64,000 bases of DNA, from positions 1 through 64,000 of IMG/VR virus record IMGVR_UViG_3300032046_000003; one strand, given 5' to 3'. The translations under genes were made by a program, and so were the position numbers. Position 1 is the first letter of the stretch. Each line of letters opens with the position of its first letter. Shown here one piece after another: positions 33,505 through 44,084 of this stretch. Source of the stretch: a virus (lineage: Duplodnaviria > Heunggongvirae > Uroviricota > Caudoviricetes). The notes beneath the pieces are model-generated. The model was not told the DNA's origin. It saw only the letters and a program-made list of their open reading frames with translations, and did not search any database.

Positions 33505-34644
33505 TTGAATTATAATGTATTGATGTGGAAGGCAGATTTAGCGGGATGCGGTTGGGCACGCATAGAGATGATAGCCAAGTACTTGAACAAGTACTGTAGT
33601 GGCGACATCAAGGCCACATCTTCAATGGTAATGGACCCTGCTAGTTGGGTCGTAACAGACAATAAGGGCCAGGTTGTAAAGAGAAATTACGATCTAACGG
33701 TTCATCAAAGGCAATATGGGGACAACAACTTAAGGAATTTTAACTTTTTAAAAAACACTTTAAAGATACCCTGCATATACGAGATAGACGATTATCTGCA
33801 CGGTGTCAGCAAAGAGAGCACGGCTTATTTCGCTTATAATCCCAATAGGAATCCGGAGAGATTCGCAAACATAGAGGCCTATCTGAGGCAGGCGGACCTC
33901 GTTACCGTTACGACGGAATATTTGAAAAAACTGTATTCGTTGTACAGCAAAAACATAGTCGTTCTTCCCAACTGCATTGATTTCGAGGATGTGTTCACCG
34001 AAGAGGCGACCAAAAAGACTGATCACGGGGACGAAATATGGCTGGGCTGGGCCGGAAGCAACACCCACCTGCCGGACATAAAACTGATAAATGACGTTAT
34101 AAAGCAGATTCTAGATGACTATCCCAACGTGAAATTGGCCCTGGGCGGTTGGGACGGCAAGATGAGGGACAAGGAAGGCAAGTTCGTTTTAGAGAATCTT
34201 TATCCTTGGAAAGACATACCCGACAGCAGGATAGTTAACATACCATGGGCCAAAGAGATGAAAGACTACCCCAAGATGATAGCCCAGTTTGATATAGGTA
34301 TCGCTCCACTAGAAGACACTGATTTCAATAGAGCTAAATCTAATATTAAGTTCTTGGAATACGCCTCGTGCGGGGTTGCGGTGGTGGCCTCAGATGTCGA
34401 GCCTTATACTGCAACTATAATAAATGGTGAAACTGGTTATTTGTGCAAAACCAGGGGGGCGCTATTTGCAGACTGGTATAAAAAGCTCAAGAAACTAATA
34501 GAGAGCAAGGAATTAAGATTGACAATGGGCGCTAATGCCAAAAAATATGTTAAAGAGAATTTTGACATTAAAAACAATATTTATAAGTGGAAGGACTGCT
34601 ATACAGAATTAATAGAGAAATTTCGCAAGGAGAATAACTTATGA
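33505..34644 (+). CDS. GT-B fold (GT1/GT4-like) glycosyltransferase
   Basis: C-terminal FLEYASCGVAVVASDVEPYTATIINGETGYL typical of GT4 nucleotide-sugar site; TTG start. Confidence 0.6.
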   Translation: MNYNVLMWKADLAGCGWARIEMIAKYLNKYCSGDIKATSSMVMDPASWVVTDNKGQVVKRNYDLTVHQRQYGDNNLRNFNFLKNTLKIPCIYEIDDYLHGVSKESTAYFAYNPNRNPERFANIEAYLRQADLVTVTTEYLKKLYSLYSKNIVVLPNCIDFEDVFTEEATKKTDHGDEIWLGWAGSNTHLPDIKLINDVIKQILDDYPNVKLALGGWDGKMRDKEGKFVLENLYPWKDIPDSRIVNIPWAKEMKDYPKMIAQFDIGIAPLEDTDFNRAKSNIKFLEYASCGVAVVASDVEPYTATIINGETGYLCKTRGALFADWYKKLKKLIESKELRLTMGANAKKYVKENFDIKNNIYKWKDCYTELIEKFRKENNL

Positions 34645-35708
34645 CAGTAAAAACTTACAGATCACGTGAATTCAGCGCTTATCAAGATAACAGGGGCATA
34701 GAAAAGTCCAGCGGTATTTCCACGGACGCCAGGGAGCTGAAACTGGGTGCTGATTCTGACAGACCAAAAAATATATTAGAAAGTTTACTGAACGCATATA
34801 GAGGGCAGTCGCAAGGCGCGAACCTGAAAATGAGGGCTTTTGAGATAGCCACTTCGGCCTTTAACGATCCTGGGCTGAGGGACGAACTGTACAAAAAGTG
34901 GGGGACCGCGGACAAAGTTAAAGTTATTGACAGTTTAGCTCAGCTCATATATGATGTGTTCTTTGAAAGTAAACCCGAAGCGCCTGGAGTAGTTGTTCAA
35001 CCTGAGATGGTCATGCCCAAATTGAATATTGATATAACCGTCAGGCAGGAGCCCACCGAGAAGGCCCAAAAGAGGCATATAAGAGTGTCATCCACAGGTA
35101 AACCTTTCAGCGCTGGCAAAGGCGCGAGTAAAATCAAATTCAATTGGACTGAAACAGATGTAATACCAGTTAGAGGACTATCGAACAAAGAAGATAAAAA
35201 AGAACCATTAGTTCACCCAGCAAAAAAACAATCTGGTAATGGACCTCTTCCTAAAAATGCTTTGCAATATAAAGATGTACCATTAGATCGTTTACCTTTT
35301 GATAAATGGTTAGAGAAAATCGACTCCACTCCTGAAACAGGATTGAGAGAATATTTCAAACAACATGGTATGGAATACATAGACACTCCCGGTAATTATC
35401 ACGAAGAGAAAGATCAATATGAAAGTATACAAGAGTTCATGGAACAAGGAATGGGAACAGAGGAATTTAATAAATTGAAAGATGCTTATAATAAGATACG
35501 AGAAAAATCAATTGATGATTTAGATGTAGAAAAAGTATATTCAAAGAAACAAGCCAGATTATTTGGTGCAATTGCCGGTGGAGTAAAAGTTCCTGGAGTT
35601 GATATATCTCCCTCTAAAGCAAGAGACGAATTGAGAGATGTTAAAGTAAGTAAGCTGCCTGAAACATCACATAAGAAAAAATCATTGCCAGTGTTAAAAG
35701 GAAATTAA
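34641..35708 (+). CDS. protein with internal KQHIRVSSTGKPFSAGKG-like module
   Basis: EKAQKRHIRVSSTGKPFSAGKGASK at mid-protein. Confidence 0.5.
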   Translation: MTVKTYRSREFSAYQDNRGIEKSSGISTDARELKLGADSDRPKNILESLLNAYRGQSQGANLKMRAFEIATSAFNDPGLRDELYKKWGTADKVKVIDSLAQLIYDVFFESKPEAPGVVVQPEMVMPKLNIDITVRQEPTEKAQKRHIRVSSTGKPFSAGKGASKIKFNWTETDVIPVRGLSNKEDKKEPLVHPAKKQSGNGPLPKNALQYKDVPLDRLPFDKWLEKIDSTPETGLREYFKQHGMEYIDTPGNYHEEKDQYESIQEFMEQGMGTEEFNKLKDAYNKIREKSIDDLDVEKVYSKKQARLFGAIAGGVKVPGVDISPSKARDELRDVKVSKLPETSHKKKSLPVLKGN

Positions 35709-35709
35709 T

Positions 35710-35883
35710 ATGACACTTAAAAAACAAATATCTACATATTGGAACAGCTCATTTGAGAAGGCACGCGGGGTAGAGATGAAGAAATATGGAGATAAAATCA
35801 AAATAGAAGGTTATCCCAATTATACTTTCCCTGATGTTAAATCAGCAAAGGAATTTTTAGACAAAGCAAGCAAGATTAAGTAA
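35710..35883 (+). CDS. small protein (MTLKKQ N-terminus), 57 aa
   Basis: Own translation; ATGA-coupled. Confidence 0.35.
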   Translation: MTLKKQISTYWNSSFEKARGVEMKKYGDKIKIEGYPNYTFPDVKSAKEFLDKASKIK

Positions 35884-35978
35884 AGAGGAGTGAATGATTT
35901 ATCGAATACACGTTCAACGATGCAATTAACGATATTGGAGTTGTATTAAGAAAGAAGTCCTCTTTTAGTCAAGAAACA

Positions 35979-37442
35979 ATGCCTATAGATTTAGAGACTT
36001 TCTTATACGCCGAAGATTATCTTCATATGCCTAAATTATCTGCAGAACAGTTCAGGGTTCTCAGGGAACTGGACGATGATAATCCTGACACCAACAAGAT
36101 ACTAGAGGCTGTTTTGGTATGGGGTAAAGGTGGCGGTAAGGACTGGATTTCTGCTATATTCATATCGCGCAGAGTGTATAAGTTATTATGTAGAGCCAAT
36201 CCTCAAGCTTTTTACGGGCTGCCGCAAGGCGAGCCTATAGACATTTTGAATGTTGCTGTTTCAGCAGAACAAGCAAATTCCGTATTCTTTACGAAATTAA
36301 CCAACATAATAAAACACGCAGGTAAAAAGACATTCATTGAGTTTGGTTTCGATCCTATTAAAGACATCAAGGCCAATAAGATAGTTTTCCCGAAAGAAAT
36401 AAGAGTCTTCTCAGGTCACTCAGAACAAGAGTCAATGGAAGGTAAAAACTTATTTGCCGCAATAATGGACGAAGCGGCTGCTTTCAAAACAGAATCTGAA
36501 CTGAAAGGCAAAGGCCCTAGAGCTAAAAGAAGCGCTAAAGCTCTATATGATTCTTTGTCTTCCTCTATCAGGTCTCGTTTTCCTAAAGTTGGCAAACTAG
36601 TAATAATCTCATATCCTAGGTTTACTAATGACTTCATACTACAAAGATATGATGCCTGTAAAAACAAGCCTGATGCTTTAATTAGTTTTGGAGCTACATG
36701 GGACATTAATCCTCTTGTTAAAAGAGAAGATTTTACTAAAGATTACAGAGACAATCCCGAACAGTCTAAATCAATGTATGAGTGCGTTCCCCCTAAGGCT
36801 AAAGAGCCGTTCATACGAGAGCAAGAGAAAGTAGACTTAATAATAGACAGGACGGTAAGAACGCCTTACGATATGTGGGGGCAATACTTTCCTGAGTTCA
36901 GAGGCAAGCCATTCTCTTATTCAATAGGGATAGATTTATCATTAACGGGCGACTCTACCGGATTCGCTCTATTGCATAAAGAGAAAAGACAGGACAAAGA
37001 CATTGTTGTTATCGACCTGTTAAAGAAATGGACTGCCGAGCCCGGCAGAGAAATAGACTTGGAAGAGATCAAAAGGGAAATTGTATTTTTAAGGTCCAGG
37101 GGGTTCAATATAGCCTCTATATTATTCGATCAATTTCAATCTGCTCACATGATCCAGGAACTCAAGAAACAAGGTTTCAACGTAGACACCCAGTCTATAG
37201 AGAGAAACTTGGACATATGGAATTCGGTCAAGGCCTTGATTTATAACGGTGAACTGAAAATATACGACAGCGAAATTTCTTACGAGCTAATCGAGGAACT
37301 GAAAGGGCTCAGCCTGATAGCCGGCAATAGAGTAGACCACATAGGGGATTTTAGTGCTAAGGATTTATCTGATGCAGTTGTAAGAGCAGTTCACGGATTG
37401 GTTCAAACGCAAGGCAACGATTTTTCATGGAAAGTTATGTGA
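35979..37442 (+). CDS. terL: terminase large subunit
   Basis: Walker A-like WGKGGGKD, Walker B IMDEAAAF, nuclease domain IGIDLSLTGDSTGFALL. Confidence 0.8.
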   Translation: MPIDLETFLYAEDYLHMPKLSAEQFRVLRELDDDNPDTNKILEAVLVWGKGGGKDWISAIFISRRVYKLLCRANPQAFYGLPQGEPIDILNVAVSAEQANSVFFTKLTNIIKHAGKKTFIEFGFDPIKDIKANKIVFPKEIRVFSGHSEQESMEGKNLFAAIMDEAAAFKTESELKGKGPRAKRSAKALYDSLSSSIRSRFPKVGKLVIISYPRFTNDFILQRYDACKNKPDALISFGATWDINPLVKREDFTKDYRDNPEQSKSMYECVPPKAKEPFIREQEKVDLIIDRTVRTPYDMWGQYFPEFRGKPFSYSIGIDLSLTGDSTGFALLHKEKRQDKDIVVIDLLKKWTAEPGREIDLEEIKREIVFLRSRGFNIASILFDQFQSAHMIQELKKQGFNVDTQSIERNLDIWNSVKALIYNGELKIYDSEISYELIEELKGLSLIAGNRVDHIGDFSAKDLSDAVVRAVHGLVQTQGNDFSWKVM

Positions 37443-37451
37443 GGAGTTAAA

Positions 37452-38558
37452 ATGGAGCAAATAAATCTTTTTAAAGTGTTCATGGCCGAATCCGTTATAG
37501 ACGAGTTAAAGCAGGTTTTATACTCTGGATTCATAGGCGAAGGCAAGAAAGTAATTGAATTTGAAAAACAAATATCCGAAAAATTCAATACTCCTTATGC
37601 TTTGGCGGTTAACAGCGGCACATCAGCCTTACATTTAGCGTATCAGATTATAGCCGATTATGATGAAGACTCGGAGTTTATAGTAAGTCCTCAAACATGC
37701 TCAGCCACTCTTACGCCTATTATTGCCAATAGATGCAAGATTGTTTGGGCGGATATTGACCCTATTTCTGGTAATATAGACCCTATGGATATTGAAAGAA
37801 AAATCACTCCGAAGACCAAGGCAATCATAATGGTGCACTGGGGCGGCAATCCTTGCAATATAAAAAAAATAAATGAAATAGCCAAAAAATATAACATTAA
37901 AACAGTGGAAGACGCGGCTCACTCATTAGGTACTAAATATGATGGACAGTATTTGGGTAAGTTCTCTGATTTTACAATGTTTTCTTTACAGGCCATAAAG
38001 CATATTACAAGCGTAGACGGCGGAATATTGTGCTGTAAGGATAAAGATAATTATGACAGAACTAAATTATTGCGTTGGTATGGAATTGATAGGTCAGAAA
38101 ATAGACAGGTCAAAGACTTAAGATGCGAATTGGACCTAAAAGAATGCGGCCACAAATTCCATATGAATGACGTAAACGCGACTATAGGCATAGAGAATTT
38201 AAAGCATTTAGACACAACGGTCGCGGCCCACAAAGCTAACGCTGAATTTTATAATGAAGCATTTAAAGACAAGATTCAATATGCTAAGCCAGAAGAAAAC
38301 GTAGAGTGTTCTTATTGGCTTTACACTATTCATGTTAACAACAGAGATGAGCTGATGGAGAAACTAAAAGAGAACAACATAATGTCTTCTAAGGTTCACG
38401 CCAGAAACGATGTTCACAGCTGCTTTAGCCGATTCAACAAGATACTGCCAAACGTAGATTTATTCAACAAAACTCATCTATGCATTCCGGTTCACTGGGG
38501 AATAACCCACGAACAAAGAGAATATGTGGCAGAACAAGTCTTAAAATATGCGAGATGA
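37452..38558 (+). CDS. DegT/DnrJ/EryC1-family PLP-dependent sugar aminotransferase
   Basis: Fold-type I aminotransferase blocks (..SGTSALHLA.., ..VDGG lysine region). Confidence 0.8.
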   Translation: MEQINLFKVFMAESVIDELKQVLYSGFIGEGKKVIEFEKQISEKFNTPYALAVNSGTSALHLAYQIIADYDEDSEFIVSPQTCSATLTPIIANRCKIVWADIDPISGNIDPMDIERKITPKTKAIIMVHWGGNPCNIKKINEIAKKYNIKTVEDAAHSLGTKYDGQYLGKFSDFTMFSLQAIKHITSVDGGILCCKDKDNYDRTKLLRWYGIDRSENRQVKDLRCELDLKECGHKFHMNDVNATIGIENLKHLDTTVAAHKANAEFYNEAFKDKIQYAKPEENVECSYWLYTIHVNNRDELMEKLKENNIMSSKVHARNDVHSCFSRFNKILPNVDLFNKTHLCIPVHWGITHEQREYVAEQVLKYAR

Positions 38559-39286
38559 GCATGAAGATAAACTATTTTTGTAAAGTATACAACGAAGAAA
38601 GAATCTTACCGTATGTATTTAGGCATTATGACCAATTTGTAGATCACTACTTTATTTGGAATCACGCGTCAACGGATAAGACTAGAGAACTATTAGCTAA
38701 AAATCCAAAAGTTACCATAATCGATCTGTCTGCAGGACTATTTGACGACACAGAAAATATGAATATAAAGAATAGCGGCTGGCAGCAATATGCCAAAGAT
38801 TGCGACTGGGTCATCATTTGCGATTTTGACGAGTTTTTATATCACCCAGATTTGCTCAATATACTAGAAAAATACAAAACTGAAGGAATCACTTTTCCTT
38901 ATATAGACGGTTATCAAATGTTCGCCGAAGAGTTCCCCAAAACAGACAAGCAGATTTATGATGTCGTTAAGACTGGTAAAAAGGCTTCAAACTATTGCAA
39001 ACATATGATATTCAATCCTAGCGTATCTCCTAACTATTATTACGGAGCGCACCAAGCTTTTCCAACGGGGCTTAATGTAAAATACAGTGCCAGCGCCGAA
39101 TTGAAGCTTTTGCATTATAAAATTTTTGGAGAAAGCTTTGTTAATGAAATGATGCAGAGAAATGATAGATTAAGCCCAAAGAACAAGTCTCTAGGACAAG
39201 GGGCATACAGTTTAAATCCCGGTTGTTTGTTTAATCCAAAAACTGAATATGAATTGTTAAAAAAAGAGGCAGTGCAGATAATATGA
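38555..39286 (+). CDS. GT-A glycosyltransferase, GT92/DUF23-like (DxDEF motif)
   Basis: RHYDQFV.. and DWVIICDFDEFLYHP blocks; ATGA overlap with DegT stop. Confidence 0.55.
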   Translation: MSMKINYFCKVYNEERILPYVFRHYDQFVDHYFIWNHASTDKTRELLAKNPKVTIIDLSAGLFDDTENMNIKNSGWQQYAKDCDWVIICDFDEFLYHPDLLNILEKYKTEGITFPYIDGYQMFAEEFPKTDKQIYDVVKTGKKASNYCKHMIFNPSVSPNYYYGAHQAFPTGLNVKYSASAELKLLHYKIFGESFVNEMMQRNDRLSPKNKSLGQGAYSLNPGCLFNPKTEYELLKKEAVQII

Positions 39287-41112
39287 AAATTGTTTCAAAG
39301 ATAAAGTTACTGTTGAATTGGAAACACCCTAAAAAAACCTATTCATTTTTACCCAACCTAGAATACGATCTATCAGAAGATATAGTCAATTATTTGTTAT
39401 GTGCATATAAAGATAAATTTGTAAAGACTATTGAAATAAAACAAAAAAAAGAAGAATCACTTTTTCTTAGAAAAAACTACGTAAAGCCTACGATAAACAA
39501 CAAAGAGATTTTATGGACAGTAGGAATAGTCAACTACAAAAGTCTAGATTTTATAAAGCACCAATTGAAGATTTTGCACAACTTTAATTCTTTGCCGTTT
39601 AAATTGATTATTGTAGATAATTCCATTCCTTCAGAGAAAAAGCAGCTAATGGAAATGTGCAGCGAGTATAACGATGTTACAGTTGTAACAAACAAACCCA
39701 AGCAAAATGAGACCAGCAATCAACATTCTGAGGGCTTAGAGATAATTTTAAGCCTTACAAACACCAAGTACTTATTAGTAAACGACCCAGATTTTTTCTG
39801 GGTTCAAAAAGAATATTTATACACTCTTCAAAAATTGCTAGAAGAGGGATATGTTTGCGTCGGGGCTCCTTTTTACAGAGCAACGTTCACTAAAAATGAC
39901 ACGCCTGCTGTTTGGGGATGCGCTTATCAAACAAGAATTTTAGAAAAAGGCATTTTTGAAACTTTTAAGGGTTGTTCACATGATGATATTCATAGACTGT
40001 TAACAGAAGGCAAAGATACGGCCTGGAGATTAAGAGAAAAATATCTAAACGAGAATCTAAGAACATTTTCATTTGAGGATCATTTAGGCATCACACTTGA
40101 TAATGACTTTTCTGCGAATATAAAACATTTTTCAGACGCCACTGTAAAAGACATTCACGAGTACAGATATAATGGAAAAATAATAGCTTATCATTTATAT
40201 CACGCCTGTCATGACGACCCAGACCCATGGCCGTCTAAATCCAAAAGAAGAAAAACAATAGTGCCTGCAGAATGGCAGGACATAAGAAAGCAGTATTCAA
40301 ATTTTTTTTATAACGTTATTTGTAAAGAAGTAGAGATAAAGCCACTTAGAATACACTTGCATTTTCTTTGCAAAAATGAAGAAGACGTGCTGCCTTTCTT
40401 TTTTAGGCATTATGACCAATTTGTAACGCAATATTTTTGCCACTTCAATATTCACTCTACTGATAAAAGCTTAGAAATATTAAAAAACAAAAAGAGCTTA
40501 AAGATTATAGAATACAATAATAAGCTAATTGACGACAGGCTTTATTTAAACATCAAGAACTACATATGGAAGGAATATTCAACAAGAGATAACTGCGACT
40601 GGGTTATTATATGCGACGCAGATGAATTTCTATACCATCCAAATATATTGAATTTACTAAACAGATATGATAACGCGGGAGTGGATATTCCTAAAATTAG
40701 GGGTTATCAAATGTTCGCCGAAGAGTTCCCGATTGACGATAAACAAAGTCAGATTTATAAATTAGTCAACAAAGGAGTTTATGCTCCAAGCTATAACAAA
40801 TACATTTTGATGAAACCGCATATATTTCCAGAATACGCGTACGGATGTCATTCTCTTTCTCCTTGTTCCATCAAACTAATAAAATTTAGCGATGATTACC
40901 ATATTGATAATACAGAAAAAGCGGAATTAAAATTATTTCATTATGCTGTTTTTGGAGAAAAATTTGTGAAAGACATGATGAACAGAAATAATAAATTGAG
41001 CGAATTAAATAAAGCAATAGGATTAGGTGTTTATTCTTTAGAACCTGGTACGAAATTTAATCCACAAAAGATATATGAAGATGTAAAAAAGAATTGTGCA
41101 GTAGTAGTATAA
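39283..41112 (+). CDS. two-domain glycosyltransferase (N-terminal GT2-like + C-terminal GT92-like paralog)
   Basis: N-term IVNYKS..IIVDNSIP; C-term FFRHYDQFV, DWVIICDADEFLYHP, GYQMFAEEFP. Confidence 0.6.
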   Translation: MKIVSKIKLLLNWKHPKKTYSFLPNLEYDLSEDIVNYLLCAYKDKFVKTIEIKQKKEESLFLRKNYVKPTINNKEILWTVGIVNYKSLDFIKHQLKILHNFNSLPFKLIIVDNSIPSEKKQLMEMCSEYNDVTVVTNKPKQNETSNQHSEGLEIILSLTNTKYLLVNDPDFFWVQKEYLYTLQKLLEEGYVCVGAPFYRATFTKNDTPAVWGCAYQTRILEKGIFETFKGCSHDDIHRLLTEGKDTAWRLREKYLNENLRTFSFEDHLGITLDNDFSANIKHFSDATVKDIHEYRYNGKIIAYHLYHACHDDPDPWPSKSKRRKTIVPAEWQDIRKQYSNFFYNVICKEVEIKPLRIHLHFLCKNEEDVLPFFFRHYDQFVTQYFCHFNIHSTDKSLEILKNKKSLKIIEYNNKLIDDRLYLNIKNYIWKEYSTRDNCDWVIICDADEFLYHPNILNLLNRYDNAGVDIPKIRGYQMFAEEFPIDDKQSQIYKLVNKGVYAPSYNKYILMKPHIFPEYAYGCHSLSPCSIKLIKFSDDYHIDNTEKAELKLFHYAVFGEKFVKDMMNRNNKLSELNKAIGLGVYSLEPGTKFNPQKIYEDVKKNCAVVV

Positions 41113-41870
41113 TGACATTAGAAGAAAAAATAAAAAATAAAGCTTTACAGTTTAAATTAGAAAGAAACGATGAAGTAGATCATTGGTGGAATTATAGAAA
41201 TCATTTTTTGAATAATATTCAAACAAAAGATCTAACAAATTTTTTAAATTGGGAAGAATGCATAAATGCATTTGTAGTTACATACGAATCAACAATGAAA
41301 GTTGAATTTGATTCATTAGATGAAAATTATTGGAAAGAAATTATAAAAGAATCGAATACGGGAAATCCAGTATTAGCTTCTTTTGCTCCATATACGAGTC
41401 CGAACATGATTCATTATGCATATCATGTAGATGTTTTTCAAAAAAAATATGATAAAAAAATAATAGATTATAACACTATTATTGAATTTGGTGGTGGATA
41501 TGGAGGAATGTGTCGTTTAATTAGAAAGATGGGATTCAAAGGCAAATATATTCTTTATGATTTGCCTGAATTAAATTTATTACAAGAGTATTATTTAATA
41601 AAAGAAAATTGTATGGAAAATACTGTTATTACAAATAATTTTTCTATTTTTAATGATAAATATGATTTATTAATTGCAACATGGAGTTTAAGTGAAATAC
41701 CCCTTTCGATAAGAGAAAAAGTAGCACAGAGCGCCAAAAATTTTATAATGGCCTCTCAATTTGAATTTGCTGGAATAGATAATATAAAATACTTTAATTC
41801 ATTGAAACTAGATGTGTTTAATATTGAGCATTTGCTTGGTAATTTTTACATTATGGGAGTAAATAAATGA
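41112..41870 (+). CDS. class I SAM-dependent methyltransferase (MTLEEK N-terminus)
   Basis: EFGGGYGGM glycine-rich motif; ATG 41112 overlaps previous stop. Confidence 0.5.
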   Translation: MTLEEKIKNKALQFKLERNDEVDHWWNYRNHFLNNIQTKDLTNFLNWEECINAFVVTYESTMKVEFDSLDENYWKEIIKESNTGNPVLASFAPYTSPNMIHYAYHVDVFQKKYDKKIIDYNTIIEFGGGYGGMCRLIRKMGFKGKYILYDLPELNLLQEYYLIKENCMENTVITNNFSIFNDKYDLLIATWSLSEIPLSIREKVAQSAKNFIMASQFEFAGIDNIKYFNSLKLDVFNIEHLLGNFYIMGVNK

Positions 41871-42649
41871 GAGTGCACGTGCATTCGGTTATTAGAAACG
41901 AGGAAGTAATGCTTCCATATTTTTTAAGACACTATGAAACATTCTGCGAAAAGATTTTTTTAAGAATACAACCATCTACAGACAATACTTTAAATATCGC
42001 TAAAGCTCATCCAAAAGTAATTATTATTGACTATAAAACCGAGTTTTCAGGCACTGAAGACATGTATCACATTATGGACATGATGGAAGTAAGAAATAAT
42101 GATTGGAAGAAATATTCAACTTCAAAGAATTGTGATTGGATTATAAATGCTGATTGCGATGAGTTTTTGTATCATCCAAACATTCTTGATATATTAAAAA
42201 TATATACAGACAAAGGAATTACTTTTCCTAAAATAAATGGATTCCAAATGTATTCAGAAAAACCGCCAACTACAAATAAACAAATATATGATGAAATTAA
42301 AACAGGCTTTCCTTTATATGAATATTGTAAAAGAGCCATAATTCATCCTGATATTGATCCAAATTATTCTCCAGGAAGTCATGATTGCACCCCTAAAGGA
42401 AACATCGTTGAAAGTAGTGTAGCTGATTTAAAGTTTTTGCATTATTCAAAACAAATTTTTGGTAAAGATGCTTTAATAAATTTTTGGAAGTTCCGCTTAA
42501 GACATAGCGGAAAATTTAAAGAAGAGAATATGAGCAGCGACTTGCTTGATGGGGTTTATTATCTATATGAATTAACTATGAAGAGTTTTATGAGGTACGC
42601 AAATACAGGTAAGGTTGATTATAAACAAAAGTTTTTGGAAGTTATATAG
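41867..42649 (+). CDS. GT92/DUF23-like glycosyltransferase paralog
   Basis: MLPYFLRHYETF, DWIINADCDEFLYHP. Confidence 0.55.
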   Translation: MRVHVHSVIRNEEVMLPYFLRHYETFCEKIFLRIQPSTDNTLNIAKAHPKVIIIDYKTEFSGTEDMYHIMDMMEVRNNDWKKYSTSKNCDWIINADCDEFLYHPNILDILKIYTDKGITFPKINGFQMYSEKPPTTNKQIYDEIKTGFPLYEYCKRAIIHPDIDPNYSPGSHDCTPKGNIVESSVADLKFLHYSKQIFGKDALINFWKFRLRHSGKFKEENMSSDLLDGVYYLYELTMKSFMRYANTGKVDYKQKFLEVI

Positions 42650-43401
42650 TGATCGTAAGTAAAGTTTATGGTGGGATCGGCAATCAACTGTTTATGTACG
42701 CCTTCGGACTCTCACAAGCAAGAAGATTAAATACTGAACTTAAATTAGATATAGATATTTTGTTATACAATCCTTATCATTATACTCCATATAATTTTGA
42801 ATTAGTAAATTTCACTGGAGTTGTAGAACAACTAGCAAGCAATGTTAAAGGATTAATTTCAGTAGAAGAAAGCAAGATGGGGACTAATGAAATTAAAAAT
42901 AACTCTATCTTAGACGGATATTGGCAAGATGAGAATCTTTTTGATAATATAAAAGCTGAGTTAAGAAATAAGTTGATATTTAAACAGAAGCCTATATTAA
43001 ATATAAACTCAAATTCAGTCTCTATACACGCCAGAAGAGGCGACTATTTAAATGGTGATTATTTCGTAGACTTGGCTAAAACAGATTATTATAAGAAAGC
43101 GATTGAATACGTTTTAAGTAAAGCTGAAAATCCAACATTTTATATCTTTTCTAATGATATTAATTGGGCTAAAGAATATTTTAGTTTTATAAAACAAAAC
43201 AAAGTATTTTTAAACAATAATACTATAGAAGATTTGTATTTGATGAGTTTATGTAAACATAACATAACAGCAAATAGTACTTATAGTTGGTGGGCAGCTT
43301 GGCTTAACAGTAATCCTGATAAAATTGTTATACAGCCGCATAAGTGGTATGAAACAAAGAATATAGAAAAATTAAAGCAAAGAGGAAGTGTTATAATATG
43401 A
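42649..43401 (+). CDS. GT11 alpha-1,2-fucosyltransferase
   Basis: N-terminal GGIGNQLFMYAFG motif; HARRGDY block. Confidence 0.75.
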   Translation: MIVSKVYGGIGNQLFMYAFGLSQARRLNTELKLDIDILLYNPYHYTPYNFELVNFTGVVEQLASNVKGLISVEESKMGTNEIKNNSILDGYWQDENLFDNIKAELRNKLIFKQKPILNINSNSVSIHARRGDYLNGDYFVDLAKTDYYKKAIEYVLSKAENPTFYIFSNDINWAKEYFSFIKQNKVFLNNNTIEDLYLMSLCKHNITANSTYSWWAAWLNSNPDKIVIQPHKWYETKNIEKLKQRGSVII

Positions 43402-44084
43402 AAAAAAATGCTGCTTTAAAAGTCGTCATTTGTAAAAAATGTAACATAACTTTTCAGGTAAAAGATACAAAGAGAAATATTAACAGACAATTTTGTTCAT
43501 CATTTTGTGCTAAATCTTCAAATGGTAAATTAAATAAGGGTAGAAAGCACTCAAATAGAGTAACTCCGCTTATTACAATAATATGCTTACAATGTAAAAA
43601 TAATTTTGAAGTTAAATATAAACAAAGAAATAGAAAATTTTGTTGTAGAAATTGTTCAGATAAGTTTTATTCTGGTGATAAAAATCCTTCTAAAAGACCT
43701 GAAGTAAGAGAGAAGATTGGTAAAAGAGTGTCAGAAACGCATTGGGATTCATCAGGAAAAAATAATCCTATGTTTAATAAAGGTTATAAATTAAGGGGAA
43801 ACAAAAATGGTGCATGGAAAGGCGGAATAAGTTTTGGAGAATATGGTGAAAATTTTTCAAAAGAATTAAAAACACAAATTAGAAAAAGAGATAATTTTGT
43901 TTGTAAAATATGTGGTAAAAATGGATTCATTATCCATCACATTGACTATGATAAGAAAAATAATGAAGAAAATAATTTGATTAATTTATGTAGATCTTGC
44001 CACGCTAAAACAGGATTTAATAGAAAATATTGGGTAAATTATTTAAAAGGAAAAGAATTATGTCAAAGTCAAAAACTTGTTTAA
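43398..44084 (+). CDS. HNH homing endonuclease with zinc fingers, inserted in glycan island
   Basis: CKKCN..CSSFC, CLQCKN..CCRNC; RDNFVCKICGKNGFIIHHIDYDKKNNEENNLINLCRSCH. Confidence 0.65.
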   Translation: MKKNAALKVVICKKCNITFQVKDTKRNINRQFCSSFCAKSSNGKLNKGRKHSNRVTPLITIICLQCKNNFEVKYKQRNRKFCCRNCSDKFYSGDKNPSKRPEVREKIGKRVSETHWDSSGKNNPMFNKGYKLRGNKNGAWKGGISFGEYGENFSKELKTQIRKRDNFVCKICGKNGFIIHHIDYDKKNNEENNLINLCRSCHAKTGFNRKYWVNYLKGKELCQSQKLV